Shown here: piece by piece, positions 9,079 to 19,409 of the stretch | Position numbering within the stretch: the stretch's first letter is position 1 | How the letters are laid out: each line of letters starts with the position of its first letter | Program-made: the position numbers and the translations under genes | NCBI GenBank assembly: GCA_964568045.1 | Contig: CAZMOL010000001.1 | Coordinates: 2,044 to 55,813 of the forward strand | Direction of reading: 5' to 3' | Source: an uncultured Thermotogae bacterium | Lineage (GTDB): Bacteria; Bipolaricaulota; Bipolaricaulia; UBA7950; UBA9294 | Length of the DNA: 53,770 bases | The notes under the pieces: generated by a model | Database searches by the model: none | What the model was told of the DNA's origin: nothing | The model's input: the letters and a program-made list of their open reading frames with translations, nothing else

Positions 9079-9527
9079 GGGTTGTCCGGTTCGATCACAA
9101 CCCGCCGGCCTTCGCCTTGACCGATGCTGAAGGTCTTTATGCCCGGAAAGTTTGCGAGGGTGAGATGAATGGTGCGGCGTTCGTGCGAAGGCATTGGATT
9201 CAGTCGGATCCGCTTGCGTTCCTGGCGGGCCGATTCGGCAGCGCTCAAGGCGAAACTGATCAACTCGCCGCGCCTACGTTTCACCGCTCCATTCACATCG
9301 ATGATGATCTCACATTCCCTGCCGGTCTTGTGACGCAGGTGAAGGTGCATCATCTGCTGTAATGCATGGAGGATAGGCCGTTCCTCGGGGAGAGAGAAGA
9401 GGCTTCCGGTGAGATTCACGTACAGATCCTCGGAGGACTCTTCCTCTACTGCGAAGGTTACCTCTTCCTCCAGAATGTCGAGGAGAGTCTTAAGATAGGT
9501 TTCAATCTCCTTCTTGGCGGTCTCCAT
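9075..9527 (-). CDS. jag: Jag/KhpB-type RNA-binding protein (Jag_N, KH, R3H)
   Basis: Sits between yidC and mnmE. The C-terminus ERRTIHLTL...GEGRRVVI is R3H-like. Start set to ATG 9527 (METAKKEIETYL), which overlaps the yidC 3' end by 26 nt. The longer 9593 start is less plausible. Confidence 0.75.
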   Translation of the reverse strand: METAKKEIETYLKTLLDILEEEVTFAVEEESSEDLYVNLTGSLFSLPEERPILHALQQMMHLHLRHKTGRECEIIIDVNGAVKRRRGELISFALSAAESARQERKRIRLNPMPSHERRTIHLTLANFPGIKTFSIGQGEGRRVVIEPDNP

Positions 9528-11064
9528 TGTCCTGTTGGTCCTCCTCGAGGGCATCTGTGCTTGCCAAGACCGTGGGTGCTCCTTCTTCCGCACGCGCTAG
9601 CTCCCAGTTGACGAAGTACTGCTGCCCGACCTGAAGGATCGTGGTCAGGAAGTAGTACAGCCAGAGCCCGGCCGGGAAGTTGTACAAGAAAACTGCCATG
9701 AAGATGGGGAAGATGTAGCCCATGTATTTCTGGCTTCCGCTGCCCTCGCCTGCTGTCATCGGCGTCATCAGTTTTGATTGCAGGATCATGACCGCAGTTG
9801 TGAGGATGACGAGGATGAAGTAGGGATCGCGCAGACTAAGATCGGACAGCCACAGAAAGCCGGGAGAGAGGTGAATCTGCTCTGCCGAGTAGAGGATCGC
9901 CTTCCACAGAAGGACGAGAATCGGAAGTTGGATGACCATCGGGAGGCATCCCCCCATCGGATTGACGCCCTCCTTCTTGTACAGCTCCATCAGCTTCTGT
10001 TGCTGCAATTGGCGGTCGTCTTTGAATCGTTGCCGAAGCTGCTGCATCTTCGGGGTCAGCTTCTGCATCTTGGCCATGGAGTGATACTGCTTACGCATGA
10101 GCGGGAACAGAACCACGCGGAGTAGGAGGGTTAAAAGGATGATCGCCCAGCCGTAGTTGCCGGTGGCCCGATAGAGCATCTGTAGAAACTGGATCACCGG
10201 GATCATCATTCGGGCACCGTTCCCTGGCGAATCGAGCTTGCCCAGACCCACGGCATCCATCAGCAGGAAGCGCCGTCGCCCACCGTACAGAGAAAAGGTG
10301 TACGAGGTCGTCCCGCCGGCAGAGGCGGACAGGGTCACTCCGAAATGCCTGTTCCCCGCAGTGGTGCGCTCCATGAATGGGGAGGCACCGGGGGCGCTGT
10401 TCGTCTTGAGAAAGAAGACCGTTGCCTTGTCCATCAGGCCGAGTCCATCAAAAGACGCGTACGAGCCCTCTGCAAGGAGGTCAGTGCTCGAGGCGTCGTC
10501 AAACTGATACACCAGCGACGGGCCCTTCTCCTTGGGGATGTAGTCCCCCAGGGACAGCGGCAAAGAGCGTTCCTGCTCGGACGGATTGTCGATGGCGATC
10601 TCTACATCGATGGTGTAGTACGGATCGTTATGGATCGTGAACAGTTTCGTAACAGCAAGGTCTCCCAGTGTGCCGCGCAACTCCACCACAAGTTCCTCCG
10701 GCGAAGGCTGGAGTGGCTCGGAGAGCACGAAAGAACTCTCCAGTCCCTCGATGTCGAAGACGAATGGGAAGCGGGTATTGGCCACGTATTGTCGTTCAAG
10801 GGTTGCCCGGTCGGTCTTCGTTCCTGGGACAAGCTCGGTCACTGCCGACCCGTATGAGGCGAAATGAAGGAACACACTCTTCAGAGAGCCCCCGTCTTCG
10901 GAGAAGACATACCTTGCCAGGGCGGTTGTCACCTCAATCTCCTTGTGATCCTCTTTCTGGGTCACTTGATAGGTGAGCTGACTCTCCGCTCCCCAGATGG
11001 GTCCGCCTACGGTCAGCAGGGTCATGACGACCAGTAATAGCGTATACAGACGCAATCTACACAC
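9502..11064 (-). CDS. yidC: membrane protein insertase YidC
   Basis: 520 aa: N-terminal TM, large periplasmic-type domain, then the conserved C-terminal core (MQKLTPKMQQLRQRFKDD...NPMGGCLPMVIQLPI). GTG start preceded by GGAGG. Confidence 0.9.
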   Translation of the reverse strand: MCRLRLYTLLLVVMTLLTVGGPIWGAESQLTYQVTQKEDHKEIEVTTALARYVFSEDGGSLKSVFLHFASYGSAVTELVPGTKTDRATLERQYVANTRFPFVFDIEGLESSFVLSEPLQPSPEELVVELRGTLGDLAVTKLFTIHNDPYYTIDVEIAIDNPSEQERSLPLSLGDYIPKEKGPSLVYQFDDASSTDLLAEGSYASFDGLGLMDKATVFFLKTNSAPGASPFMERTTAGNRHFGVTLSASAGGTTSYTFSLYGGRRRFLLMDAVGLGKLDSPGNGARMMIPVIQFLQMLYRATGNYGWAIILLTLLLRVVLFPLMRKQYHSMAKMQKLTPKMQQLRQRFKDDRQLQQQKLMELYKKEGVNPMGGCLPMVIQLPILVLLWKAILYSAEQIHLSPGFLWLSDLSLRDPYFILVILTTAVMILQSKLMTPMTAGEGSGSQKYMGYIFPIFMAVFLYNFPAGLWLYYFLTTILQVGQQYFVNWELARAEEGAPTVLASTDALEEDQQDNGDRQEGD

Positions 11065-11155
11065 GATGACCTCCTAGCGATAGGGTATCTTAGGGGGATA
11101 GCCATTGCAACTTCGTTGAACCGGGCTTTTTGTTGCGGTACACTCCTTGGTGTCG

Positions 11156-11746
11156 ATGTTTACGGGGATTGTTCAGGGACTGGGGGTGCTCCGGGAGCGA
11201 CGGGGAAACGTCCTTGCGATGGATGTCCCTCCGGCCTTTCTCGAGCAATTGTTGATCGGAGCCAGCATTGCGGTGAATGGAGTCTGTCTGACGGTCGGTG
11301 AGATCTCCGACGCCGGTTTTCTCGCCGACATCTCCAAGGAGACCGCCACTGCCACGACCTTGGGCGCGATGCGGATGCAGTCGCGGGTCAATCTGGAGTT
11401 TCCGACTAGCCCGGAAGGCGGTCTTGATGGACACATTGTCCTTGGTCACGTTGATGCGGTGGGGCGGACAAAGGCCCTCACGCGTGAACGCGAGGGGTGG
11501 AGACTCGTCGTTTCCTACCCTCCCGAGTTCAGACGCTACATTGTCGAGAAAGGATCGATCGCCGTGGATGGCATCAGTCTGACGCCGTTCGCCATTACGG
11601 GGACCACGTTTCGCTGTGCGGTGATCCCGAGCACGTTTGCTGCGACGAACCTGCAGGACCGCGTGGTCGGCGATCCCGTGAACATCGAGTTTGACATTCT
11701 GGCGAAGTACGTCGAGGGGATGATGCGTCGTGTTCATTCCAATTGA
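11156..11746 (+). CDS. ribE: riboflavin synthase alpha chain
   Basis: Starts [10 protein letters not shown] and has a duplicated lumazine-binding repeat ([10 protein letters not shown] / IAVDGISLT). Confidence 0.9.
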   Translation: MFTGIVQGLGVLRERRGNVLAMDVPPAFLEQLLIGASIAVNGVCLTVGEISDAGFLADISKETATATTLGAMRMQSRVNLEFPTSPEGGLDGHIVLGHVDAVGRTKALTREREGWRLVVSYPPEFRRYIVEKGSIAVDGISLTPFAITGTTFRCAVIPSTFAATNLQDRVVGDPVNIEFDILAKYVEGMMRRVHSN

Positions 11747-12929
11747 AGAAGCGCTGGACCGGATCCGCTGTGGAAAGATGCTGATCTTGGTCGACGATGA
11801 GAATCGGGAAAACGAGGGAGATCTGGTGATCGCCGCCGAACACGCCACCGCGGAGACGGTCAACTTCATGGCCAAGTACGGGCGTGGCCTGATCTGCATG
11901 CCGCTTGAGGAGAAGCGCGCCCGCACCCTTGGCCTCACCCCGATGTGTCCGGAGAATACGGCACTCCACGGGACCTACTTCACCGTCTCTGTTGACGCGA
12001 AGGAGAACATCACGACCGGCATCTCGGCCCATGACCGCGAACAGACCATCCGAACTATTCTAGACGAGAACACGCGGCCGGACGACCTTGCCCGGCCGGG
12101 GCACATCTTTCCGTTAATCGCACGAGAAGGCGGCGTGCTTCGTCGGGCCGGGCACACTGAGGCAACGGTCGATCTGGCGCGGCTTGCTGGGCTGAAACCG
12201 GCCGCCGTTCTCTGTGAGATCCTGAACGACGATGGCACGATGGCCCGTCTGCCCCAGCTTGAGGTTTTCGCGGAGAAGCACGGCCTTGCCACCGTCAATA
12301 TCGCGGACCTGATCGCCTATCGGAAGCGAAACGAGCGGCTCATTCAACGGGTAGCAGCCGCCGATCTGCCCACTCGGCACGGGAATTTTAAGATCATCAG
12401 TTACTCCAGTCCGCTGGAGCATGAGGAACACATCGCACTGGTCGGGGGGGAGGTTTCCGGCAAGCGGAACGTGCTGGTCCGTGTGCACTCCGAGTGCCTC
12501 ACCGGCGATGTCTTCGGCTCGTATCGCTGTGACTGTGGCGACCAACTTCATCGTGCCCTCAAGATGATCGAGGCCGAAGGGTGTGGGGTAGTTGTGTACA
12601 TGCGCCAGGAGGGCCGGGGGATTGGCCTACAAAGTAAGGTCTGTGCCTACCAACTGCAGGATGAGGGCTTGGATACGGTCCAGGCGAACGAGCAGCTCGG
12701 CTTTGCCGCCGACCTGCGCGACTACGGCATCGGGGCCCAGATCCTGTGCGACTTGGGACTCTCTACGATTCGGCTTCTGACCAACAATCCGAAGAAGGTG
12801 GTCGGCCTGTCCGGATATGGCTTGGAGATTACAGAGCAGATCCAGATTGAAATCCCTCCCAACGAGTACAACCGCCAGTATCTGAAAACGAAGAAGGAGA
12901 AGCTCGGTCACCGGCTGGAGCACGTGTAG
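11730..12929 (+). CDS. ribBA: bifunctional 3,4-dihydroxy-2-butanone-4-phosphate synthase / GTP cyclohydrolase II
   Basis: DHBP synthase motif [13 protein letters not shown] and GTP cyclohydrolase II motif [20 protein letters not shown]; 399 aa. Confidence 0.95.
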   Translation: MFIPIEEALDRIRCGKMLILVDDENRENEGDLVIAAEHATAETVNFMAKYGRGLICMPLEEKRARTLGLTPMCPENTALHGTYFTVSVDAKENITTGISAHDREQTIRTILDENTRPDDLARPGHIFPLIAREGGVLRRAGHTEATVDLARLAGLKPAAVLCEILNDDGTMARLPQLEVFAEKHGLATVNIADLIAYRKRNERLIQRVAAADLPTRHGNFKIISYSSPLEHEEHIALVGGEVSGKRNVLVRVHSECLTGDVFGSYRCDCGDQLHRALKMIEAEGCGVVVYMRQEGRGIGLQSKVCAYQLQDEGLDTVQANEQLGFAADLRDYGIGAQILCDLGLSTIRLLTNNPKKVVGLSGYGLEITEQIQIEIPPNEYNRQYLKTKKEKLGHRLEHV

Positions 12930-12973
12930 ACCAGGAGTGAAGACCGGGACCAAGCGAAGGAGGCTATGAAGCG

Positions 12974-13441
12974 ATGGGAAAGACATTCGAAGGAAAGCTC
13001 GACGGTAGTGGTCTGCGCGTAGGAATCGTCGTCAGCCGATTCAATAACCTTGTCACTGAGCGACTTCTCGACGGGGCACGCGATCGGCTGCGCCGATCGA
13101 GCGTGCCGGAGGAGTCAACGGACGTCTGTTGGGTCCCGGGTGCGTTCGAGGTTCCCAAGGCAGTACATCGGATTGCTCAGACAGGAAACTACGATGGCGT
13201 GATCGCCCTGGCTGCGGTGATTCGAGGCGCAACCCCGCACTTTGAGTACATCGCTGGCGAGGTGACCAAGGGACTCGCCCGTGTCAACCTACAGGTGGAT
13301 GTTCCGGTTGCGTTTGGAGTGATCACCGCGGACACCATCGATCAAGCGCTGGAAAGAGCAGGCGCCAAGCTCGGAAACAAGGGAGCACAAGCCGCAGAGA
13401 CCCTGATCGAGATGGTCAATCTGCTCAAAGGGATTGGATGA
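12974..13441 (+). CDS. ribH: 6,7-dimethyl-8-ribityllumazine synthase
   Basis: 155 aa with VVSRFNNLVTERLLDGA, VPGAFE and HFEYIA motifs. Confidence 0.95.
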   Translation: MGKTFEGKLDGSGLRVGIVVSRFNNLVTERLLDGARDRLRRSSVPEESTDVCWVPGAFEVPKAVHRIAQTGNYDGVIALAAVIRGATPHFEYIAGEVTKGLARVNLQVDVPVAFGVITADTIDQALERAGAKLGNKGAQAAETLIEMVNLLKGIG

Positions 13442-14700
13442 CCTACGAGTCGGTCCGCGGGATGCGCGACATCCTCCCCGAGGAGGTGTCACACTGGACG
13501 TTCCTTGAGGACACCGTGCGCGCGATCGCCCGGCGCTTCAACTATCGCGAGATCCGGCCACCGCTGGTCGAGCATACCGAGCTGTTCTCTCGCGGCATCG
13601 GTGAGACCACCGATGTGGTCAATAAAGAAATGTACACCTTCCCCGACAGGAAGGGAAGGAGCCTCACCTTGCGTCCGGAAGTCACCGCCTCGATTGTCCG
13701 CGCCTACGTTGAACACGGCTTCGCCACCAAAGAACCGTTTCAAAAGCTCTTCTGCATCGGCCCGATGTTCCGCTACGAAAAGCCGCAGAAGGGCCGCAGC
13801 CGGCAGTTCTACCAGTACGACGTCGAAGCGATCGGTTCACTCGATCCGAGCCTCGATGTGGAAGTGATCGATCTGGCCTGGGCGCTGATGGATTCACTGG
13901 GCCTGACCGGTCTTTCATTGCGACTCAACAGCATCGGCTGTGCGACCGATCGCAAGCGATATCGGGAGGTCCTGCGCGAGTATTTTGCCGACCGGATTGC
14001 AGACATGTGCGAGGATTGTCAACGTCGCTACGAGGAAAACCCGCTTCGGATCCTCGATTGCAAGGTCGAGCTCTGCCAGCCGTCGATCAACGACTCGCCG
14101 GGGAGCGCCGATCACCTTTGCTCAGACTGCGAGGACCATTTCGCCCAAGTACGGCAGTTTCTTGAAGCGTTGGGGCTCTCCTACGAGATCGATTCCCGCT
14201 TGGTGCGCGGGCTCGACTATTACACCCGGACGGTGTTTGAGCTAGTTTCAAAGGATCTTGGGGCGCAGGACGCCCTTCTCGGCGGAGGGCGTTACGACGA
14301 CCTCGCCGAGATGCTCGGCGGGCCGCCCACTCCCGGTATTGGCTTTGCCGGGGGAATGGAACGTCTGATCCTTGTGCTGAGGGAGCGAACGCCTGTGTTG
14401 CAGGGCCGCGAACGACTCGATCTGTTCTTCGTCACGTTGGGCGAGGCCGGGCGAGGCCTTGCCGTTGACCTTGCCAAGAAACTTCGTCAGCAGGGCATCT
14501 CGGTCGATTTGGATTACCGGGCCAGGGCACTGCGCAAGCAAATGAGCTACGCCGATCAGCTCGGTGTCCGATACCTGCTCGTGTTCGGTAACGACGAGGT
14601 CGCTACCAAGAAAGGAAAGCTGAAGGAAATGGACAGCGGACAGGAGCGTGAGGTCACGCTGACCCCGGAGGACATATCGGCGGCGATCAACGGGAGGTAG
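13438..14700 (+). CDS. hisS: histidine--tRNA ligase
   Basis: Class II aaRS motifs (RGMRDILP, MFRYEKPQKGRSRQFYQ, GGGRYD). ATGA overlap with ribH. Confidence 0.95.
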   Translation: MTYESVRGMRDILPEEVSHWTFLEDTVRAIARRFNYREIRPPLVEHTELFSRGIGETTDVVNKEMYTFPDRKGRSLTLRPEVTASIVRAYVEHGFATKEPFQKLFCIGPMFRYEKPQKGRSRQFYQYDVEAIGSLDPSLDVEVIDLAWALMDSLGLTGLSLRLNSIGCATDRKRYREVLREYFADRIADMCEDCQRRYEENPLRILDCKVELCQPSINDSPGSADHLCSDCEDHFAQVRQFLEALGLSYEIDSRLVRGLDYYTRTVFELVSKDLGAQDALLGGGRYDDLAEMLGGPPTPGIGFAGGMERLILVLRERTPVLQGRERLDLFFVTLGEAGRGLAVDLAKKLRQQGISVDLDYRARALRKQMSYADQLGVRYLLVFGNDEVATKKGKLKEMDSGQEREVTLTPEDISAAINGR

Positions 14701-14702
14701 CC

Positions 14703-15185
14703 GTGGAACTCAAAGTGGTACCGGTTGAGAATCCTGATGGATTGAACGTCATTCTCGGCCAGACGCATTTCATCAAGACCGTGGAGGATCTTCACGAGAC
14801 GCTCGTGACCGCAATTCCGGGAATCAAGTTTGGGCTTGCCTTCTGCGAGGCTTCTGGCCCCGCGCTGGTCCGGCACTCCGGGACCGATGAGAAGCTGACA
14901 CAACTGGCGGTGGAAAATGCCAAAGCCATCGGAGCAGGGCACACGTTCTTCATCTTTCTGGAAGGGTCCTTTCCCATCAACGTGTTGAACGCAGTCAAGC
15001 GCGTTCCCGAGGTGTGTCATGTGATCTGTGCCACCTCCAACCCGGTCCAAGTCGTCGTTGCGCAGACCGAGCAAGGCCGTGGCATCCTCGGCGTGATCGA
15101 CGGCGTCTCGCCGAAGGGTGTGGAAACCGACGCCGATATCGCCACCCGCAAGGAGTTCCTGCGCACGATCGGGTACAAGCTGTAG
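14703..15185 (+). CDS. adenosine-specific kinase family protein (Pfam Adenosine_kin-like)
   Basis: 160 aa. NVILGQTHFIKTVEDL...FGLAFCEASG...GAGHTF...CATSNPVQV...GRGILGV matches my recollection of this family. GTG start 2 nt after the hisS stop. Confidence 0.75.
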   Translation: MELKVVPVENPDGLNVILGQTHFIKTVEDLHETLVTAIPGIKFGLAFCEASGPALVRHSGTDEKLTQLAVENAKAIGAGHTFFIFLEGSFPINVLNAVKRVPEVCHVICATSNPVQVVVAQTEQGRGILGVIDGVSPKGVETDADIATRKEFLRTIGYKL

Positions 15186-15320
15186 ATCACTTCGTTACCA
15201 TCAGATGGGTTCCTAGCAGGTTGGCCGTTGGGGACCATCTTGCGCTTAACGGCCCATATTTCGCCTCGTACGGTTTTCTTACCGCATTCGCTTCCCAGAC
15301 GCCCGATGAGGTGAGTCTTC

Positions 15321-16085
15321 ATGTTGTCACTTAAGGAATACCGCAGGCGTAGGCACCGCAGTCGGCCGTTTGCGGAAAAGTGGGAGAGAATCCTCGCGCG
15401 AAACGTTCCACGATACCCTCGCCTATCTCCAGCGGACCGCGAGGAGTTGCAGGGCCACATCCAGGTCTTCCTTGCCGAAAAGCGCTTCGAAGGGGCGGCC
15501 GGCCTCGTGATCACCGATGAAATCCGCGTGACGATTGCTGCACAGGCGTGCATGCTCCTGTTGCACCGTGACACCGACTATTACCCGGGACTGTCGTCGA
15601 TCATCGTCTACCCGCACGAGTACGTGACTCGCCACACCGAGCGATCCCCGGGCGGGTTTGTTCAAGAAGGTACGCAGGCCCGGTTGGGGGAATCCTCGAC
15701 CCGGGGTGCGGTCGTGTTGTCCTGGGACCACGTCCGCGCCGGTGCGTCGGACGTCGATGATTGTCGAAACGTTGTGTTCCACGAGTTCGCCCATCAGCTC
15801 GACGCGGAGGGCGGGCGCGTGGACGGTGTGCCCCTTCTGCCGCAGCGGTCGAGCTACATCGCCTGGGCGCGTATTCTGGGAGCCGAATACGAAAAACTGC
15901 GCAAGCATACTGCACGGGGCCACAGAGCTCTTCTCGATCGCTACGGGGCAACCAGCCCTGCCGAATTCTTTGCCGTGGCCACGGAGTGTTTCTTCCAGAG
16001 CCCGGCGCAGATGAGGGACGAGCACCCCGAACTGTACGAGGAACTCAAGGCCTACTATCGGCAAGATCCGGCGGCACAGGCATAA
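15321..16085 (+). CDS. MtfA-like zinc metallopeptidase (M90 family)
   Basis: HEFAHQLD zinc motif, downstream EFFAVATECFF, about 250 aa, typical of MtfA/DUF980. Confidence 0.75.
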   Translation: MLSLKEYRRRRHRSRPFAEKWERILARNVPRYPRLSPADREELQGHIQVFLAEKRFEGAAGLVITDEIRVTIAAQACMLLLHRDTDYYPGLSSIIVYPHEYVTRHTERSPGGFVQEGTQARLGESSTRGAVVLSWDHVRAGASDVDDCRNVVFHEFAHQLDAEGGRVDGVPLLPQRSSYIAWARILGAEYEKLRKHTARGHRALLDRYGATSPAEFFAVATECFFQSPAQMRDEHPELYEELKAYYRQDPAAQA

Positions 16086-16188
16086 AAGGTGCAAGCCACG
16101 CCTGCCTCGTTCTGCCCTGTGAGATCTGATGACTCACCTCGGGTTGGCTTCCTGTATCCGCTTGCGCTTCACTGGGTAGAGGGCCGCA

Positions 16189-17631
16189 TCACTTGGGGTC
16201 CCCGGCCGCTGCCCCGTCGGCCTTCGTGTGGTCAACCACGGTTCGTTGCCAACTGCGGCTGGCGAGGAACCCGAGTGCGACGAGTCCTGAAACAACGTTG
16301 CTCAGTGACATTCCCAACCACACTCCATCGGTCTGCATGCTCATAGGAAAGGCGAGCGCCCACGACAGGGGAATCCGCAGGACCCACAGTCGCAGGATTC
16401 CCAGAATCATCGTTGGCACGTTGTGTCCGGCGCCCCGGTAGACGGCCTCGGCGGCGAAGAACGCCCCGAGGAAAGGCATCCCCGCTGCGAACAGCTCGAT
16501 GAAGCGGGCCCCTACATTGATCACGTCCGTCCGCCCGGGAATGAACACGGAGATCAGGGGCCTGCGCACAAGCCACAGGACGGCCGCCTCGACGATGAGG
16601 ATGGCAAACAGTGACACGAGCCCCTTTCGTACGAGCTCCCGAGCGCGTTTCATCAGCCCCGCCCCGAGGGCCTGGCCGACCATGGCGGTGAGCCCCATTC
16701 CCAAGCCTTCGCTGACGATGAACAACATGCCGAATACCCGGTCGGCGATTCCGTAGCCGGCCAGAGCCACCTCGGCGTTGTCGAGCCGTCCGATCACACC
16801 GGTGACGACAACGAACCCCAGGGCCACACTGGACTGGCCGATTGCCGCCGGCAGACCGATGCGGATTGCTCTTGTCATCCAATTCCACTTCGGTACGAGG
16901 GCGTGCCGGTCAAGGCGCAAGGATTCCTTCCCCCGTCGGAACAGGACGACGAAGATCAGCGTGGCTATCCCCTGGGCGGTCACGGTGGCGTACGCCGCGC
17001 CGAGGATGCCCATCTCGGGAAACGGTCCCCATCCCAGGACGAGCAGCGGGTCGAGCGCCATGTTGATGAGGATTCCCGTCCCGTTTATGAGAAGAGGCGT
17101 AACGGTATCGCCGGTGGAAGAGAACGCGAAATAGAACAGCCCCGGCAGGAGCATCGTCGGCAGCCCGAGGAAGATCACCTTGAGGTAAGTGGCGGCCTCG
17201 GCGGCCACCGCCGGTTCTCGTACGAGGACGGAAAGGATCCACGGCGAGAGCAGGTATCCGGAAACCCCGAGAATGACCCCGGCTGCGATGGCCACGGTGA
17301 ACAGCTGGTTGAGCGCGTAGTTGGCCTGCCTCGGTTGCCCGGCTCCGATGTTCTGAGCGACGAGGGCGCTTACCGCCGCTCCGCCGAACCCCGATACAAA
17401 CGCGATGAGGAACCAAACAAGGGGCCAGGAGACTTGAATCCCGGCCACCACCGCCCCGGCGTGCTCTTTTGGCAGATGACCGATCCAGAACGCATCGGCC
17501 AGGTTGTACAGGGTGAACAACAGCGAGGAGAGCACGGCCGGTCCGCCGATCTTGGCCATGGTGGCCAGCGCCGGTCCGGTGAGGATCTCTTCTCGGTCGG
17601 GTGTCTTGAATCGCCTCATGGCTGGGTCCAT
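16189..17631 (-). CDS. MATE family efflux transporter
   Basis: 480 aa with about 12 hydrophobic segments and a duplicated 6-TM pattern. The N-terminus (LATMAKIGGPAVLSSLLFTLYNLADAFWIGHL) is typical of MATE. Confidence 0.85.
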   Translation of the reverse strand: MDPAMRRFKTPDREEILTGPALATMAKIGGPAVLSSLLFTLYNLADAFWIGHLPKEHAGAVVAGIQVSWPLVWFLIAFVSGFGGAAVSALVAQNIGAGQPRQANYALNQLFTVAIAAGVILGVSGYLLSPWILSVLVREPAVAAEAATYLKVIFLGLPTMLLPGLFYFAFSSTGDTVTPLLINGTGILINMALDPLLVLGWGPFPEMGILGAAYATVTAQGIATLIFVVLFRRGKESLRLDRHALVPKWNWMTRAIRIGLPAAIGQSSVALGFVVVTGVIGRLDNAEVALAGYGIADRVFGMLFIVSEGLGMGLTAMVGQALGAGLMKRARELVRKGLVSLFAILIVEAAVLWLVRRPLISVFIPGRTDVINVGARFIELFAAGMPFLGAFFAAEAVYRGAGHNVPTMILGILRLWVLRIPLSWALAFPMSMQTDGVWLGMSLSNVVSGLVALGFLASRSWQRTVVDHTKADGAAAGDPK

Positions 17632-17884
17632 TTAGATCTTGGCATGTGTGTCCACTCTTCTCCCTGTGATCGTCGATAAACGCCGATTGTAGCGCAGCAG
17701 GCCTTCAAAAGCAGGCCGGTCCTGGCCGGCAGGTGTGCACGTGTATGACTGCCGCTCTGTCTTCACCCAAGATCAACGGAGGACCCGATCTGGCTTGCTT
17801 TCTATTGGAGACGGAGAAGATGTCTGACTGCCGGATCAGGCTGGGGCGAGCGTGCCGCCGGCAGAGCGGTTTGAGAGAGAGGGA

Positions 17885-18082
17885 TCACCCGCGCGTGCGC
17901 TTGGCAATGACCGCGAGCCTTCCCAACCACACCACCGCGAGCGCGGTCCACGTGGCGCCGAAGATTGCGCGACCGACAGTGTCTTTGCTGAGGATCAGCC
18001 CCGCGAACGCGATGAGGGCGACTGTAAAGCAGACAACCGCTGCTGCGATAAGGACCCATCTCGATTTTAGTCGACCGGGCAT
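17885..18082 (-). CDS. hypothetical small membrane protein (2 TM)
   Basis: MPGRLKSRWVLIAAAVVCFTVALIAFAGLILSK...WTALAVVWLGRLAVIAKRTRG. ATG 18082 is preceded by AAGGAAG. No recognisable family. Confidence 0.3.
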   Translation of the reverse strand: MPGRLKSRWVLIAAAVVCFTVALIAFAGLILSKDTVGRAIFGATWTALAVVWLGRLAVIAKRTRG

Positions 18083-18249
18083 CGGTTCTTCCTTTGATCC
18101 AACCCGCGTTATCCTGCAACCTCCGGACATGATATGGCGCAGCAGATCAAGGTCAACGCTGCTTCTGGTGTCGCTTGGAACGTTGTGCGCTGCCGCACGC
18201 CACGGTACTCTAGCCCGTGACAAAGCAATCTGACTAGGGAGGAAGCCTC

Positions 18250-18999
18250 ATGTCAAATCCAGTGATCGATTGTCTGCTTAACCATCGCTCGATCCGCCGG
18301 TTTAAGTCCGATCCGGTTCCCGCTGAACTGCTTGACGAGATACTACGCGCCGGCACGCACACTGCCAGCGCGGGGAACCTCCAAGCGTACTCACTGGTTG
18401 TCATCGATGACCCCGAGCGGTTGGAAAAGATGACGTTTGGGGCACCGCTTGCGATCGTCGCCCTCGTCGATCTCTATCGCCTCAAGCGATGGTTTGAGCT
18501 CAACGACGCGCCGTTCTACTTCGATCAGGCGGTGAACGTGTTCATCGCCTACTGGGATGCGGTGATCGCCCTACAGAACATCGTCGTTGCCGCGGAGAGT
18601 TTTGGCCTCGGGACAGTCTACGTGGGACTGGTCCTCTCCAAGAATGTGCAGGAATGGCTGGAAGCGCCGGAGTACGTGTTTCCTGCCGGGTTGCTCTTCA
18701 TCGGTCATCCCGACGAATCGCCGGAGTTGCGGCCGCGCCTGCCTCTCGATGCGGTCGTCCATCGAAACAGCTACCACGTCCCGACCGACGAGGAGATCCG
18801 CGCGCACTTTCACGACAAGAACAAGCAATGGGGCGAACTTCCTCAGGCCAAGCGAGAGAAGCTGCGCGAGAAAGGGATTGAGAACTACGCCCAGTTCAAA
18901 ACCCTTGGCCACTACACGCCCGAGTTCATCCGCAGCGAAAGCGAGAAGGTCATCGAGAATCTCAAGCGGGCGGGTTTCAAGCTCGGGGACGCGATGTAG
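18250..18999 (+). CDS. nitroreductase family protein
   Basis: HRSIRRFK motif near the N-terminus, 249 aa, RBS GGAGGAAG. Confidence 0.8.
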   Translation: MSNPVIDCLLNHRSIRRFKSDPVPAELLDEILRAGTHTASAGNLQAYSLVVIDDPERLEKMTFGAPLAIVALVDLYRLKRWFELNDAPFYFDQAVNVFIAYWDAVIALQNIVVAAESFGLGTVYVGLVLSKNVQEWLEAPEYVFPAGLLFIGHPDESPELRPRLPLDAVVHRNSYHVPTDEEIRAHFHDKNKQWGELPQAKREKLREKGIENYAQFKTLGHYTPEFIRSESEKVIENLKRAGFKLGDAM

Positions 19000-19082
19000 G
19001 GTATCGATGGCTCAAGAAGAGGGTTTTGCTGCCGAGTGTCCCGATGCATCCGGAAGGCCGACGCACGATGCGAACAACTTCC
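18985..19082 (+). repeat. island repeat, degenerate copy E (overlaps nitroreductase 3' end)
   Basis: By-eye alignment. atgtagggtatcgatggctcaagaagagggttttgctgccgag aligns with the copy A core atggtgatcgtctgtctcagggaagagggcgttctgacc. The tail gaaggccgacgcacg...gaacaacttccctatccgccgagg aligns with the copy B tail. Confidence 0.35.
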
Positions 19083-19180
19083 CTATCCGCCGAGGTTAAA
19101 GTCGATCCGCGCTCCCGCGGCCGGGCAGATGCCAGGGCGAAGGCAGGTACTGCTGGATAATCCGGCCTCGCGGAGGCAGA
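19083..19180 (-). pseudogene. truncated relic of a paralogue of the 146-aa secreted protein gene at 29548..29988
   Basis: About 50 nt is near-identical to 29556..29605 (gtcga.ccgcgctcccgcggccgggc.gatgcc). The encoded tail ...GICPAAGARIDFNLGG compares with ...GIGPAAGARFDFDLSR. No signal peptide or N-terminal part is present. Confidence 0.4.
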
Positions 19181-19409
19181 AAGGCAGGGTATACGGCGCG
19201 CTTTCAAAAAGATGTCCCCGCAGCTCTGACTGCGAGGTCTGATCGGTGTTGATGTGGAGGATCAACCGGGTCGGAGAAGTAGAGGGGGAAGGCTCAATGA
19301 CGAGATGAACGTTCCTTGTGATCGACCTTCCTGCGGAGGTCGTTATGTGCGAAGAGTGAAACGGAGGCGCCTGACGCTTTTGGCTCGCCGCGGCCTCGAT
19401 GATTCCTGT

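Noticed and set aside
11065-11155. FMN (RFN) riboswitch upstream of ribE
   Set aside because: The intergenic region is only about 90 nt and lacks the conserved RFN core (GGGCAGGGUGAAAUUCCC...CCGACAGU).
11090-11938. 282-aa minus-strand ORF overlapping ribE and the start of ribBA
   Set aside because: It is antisense to genes with unmistakable riboflavin-pathway motifs. The product is Arg/Ser/Pro-rich with no domain signature, a typical high-G+C shadow ORF.
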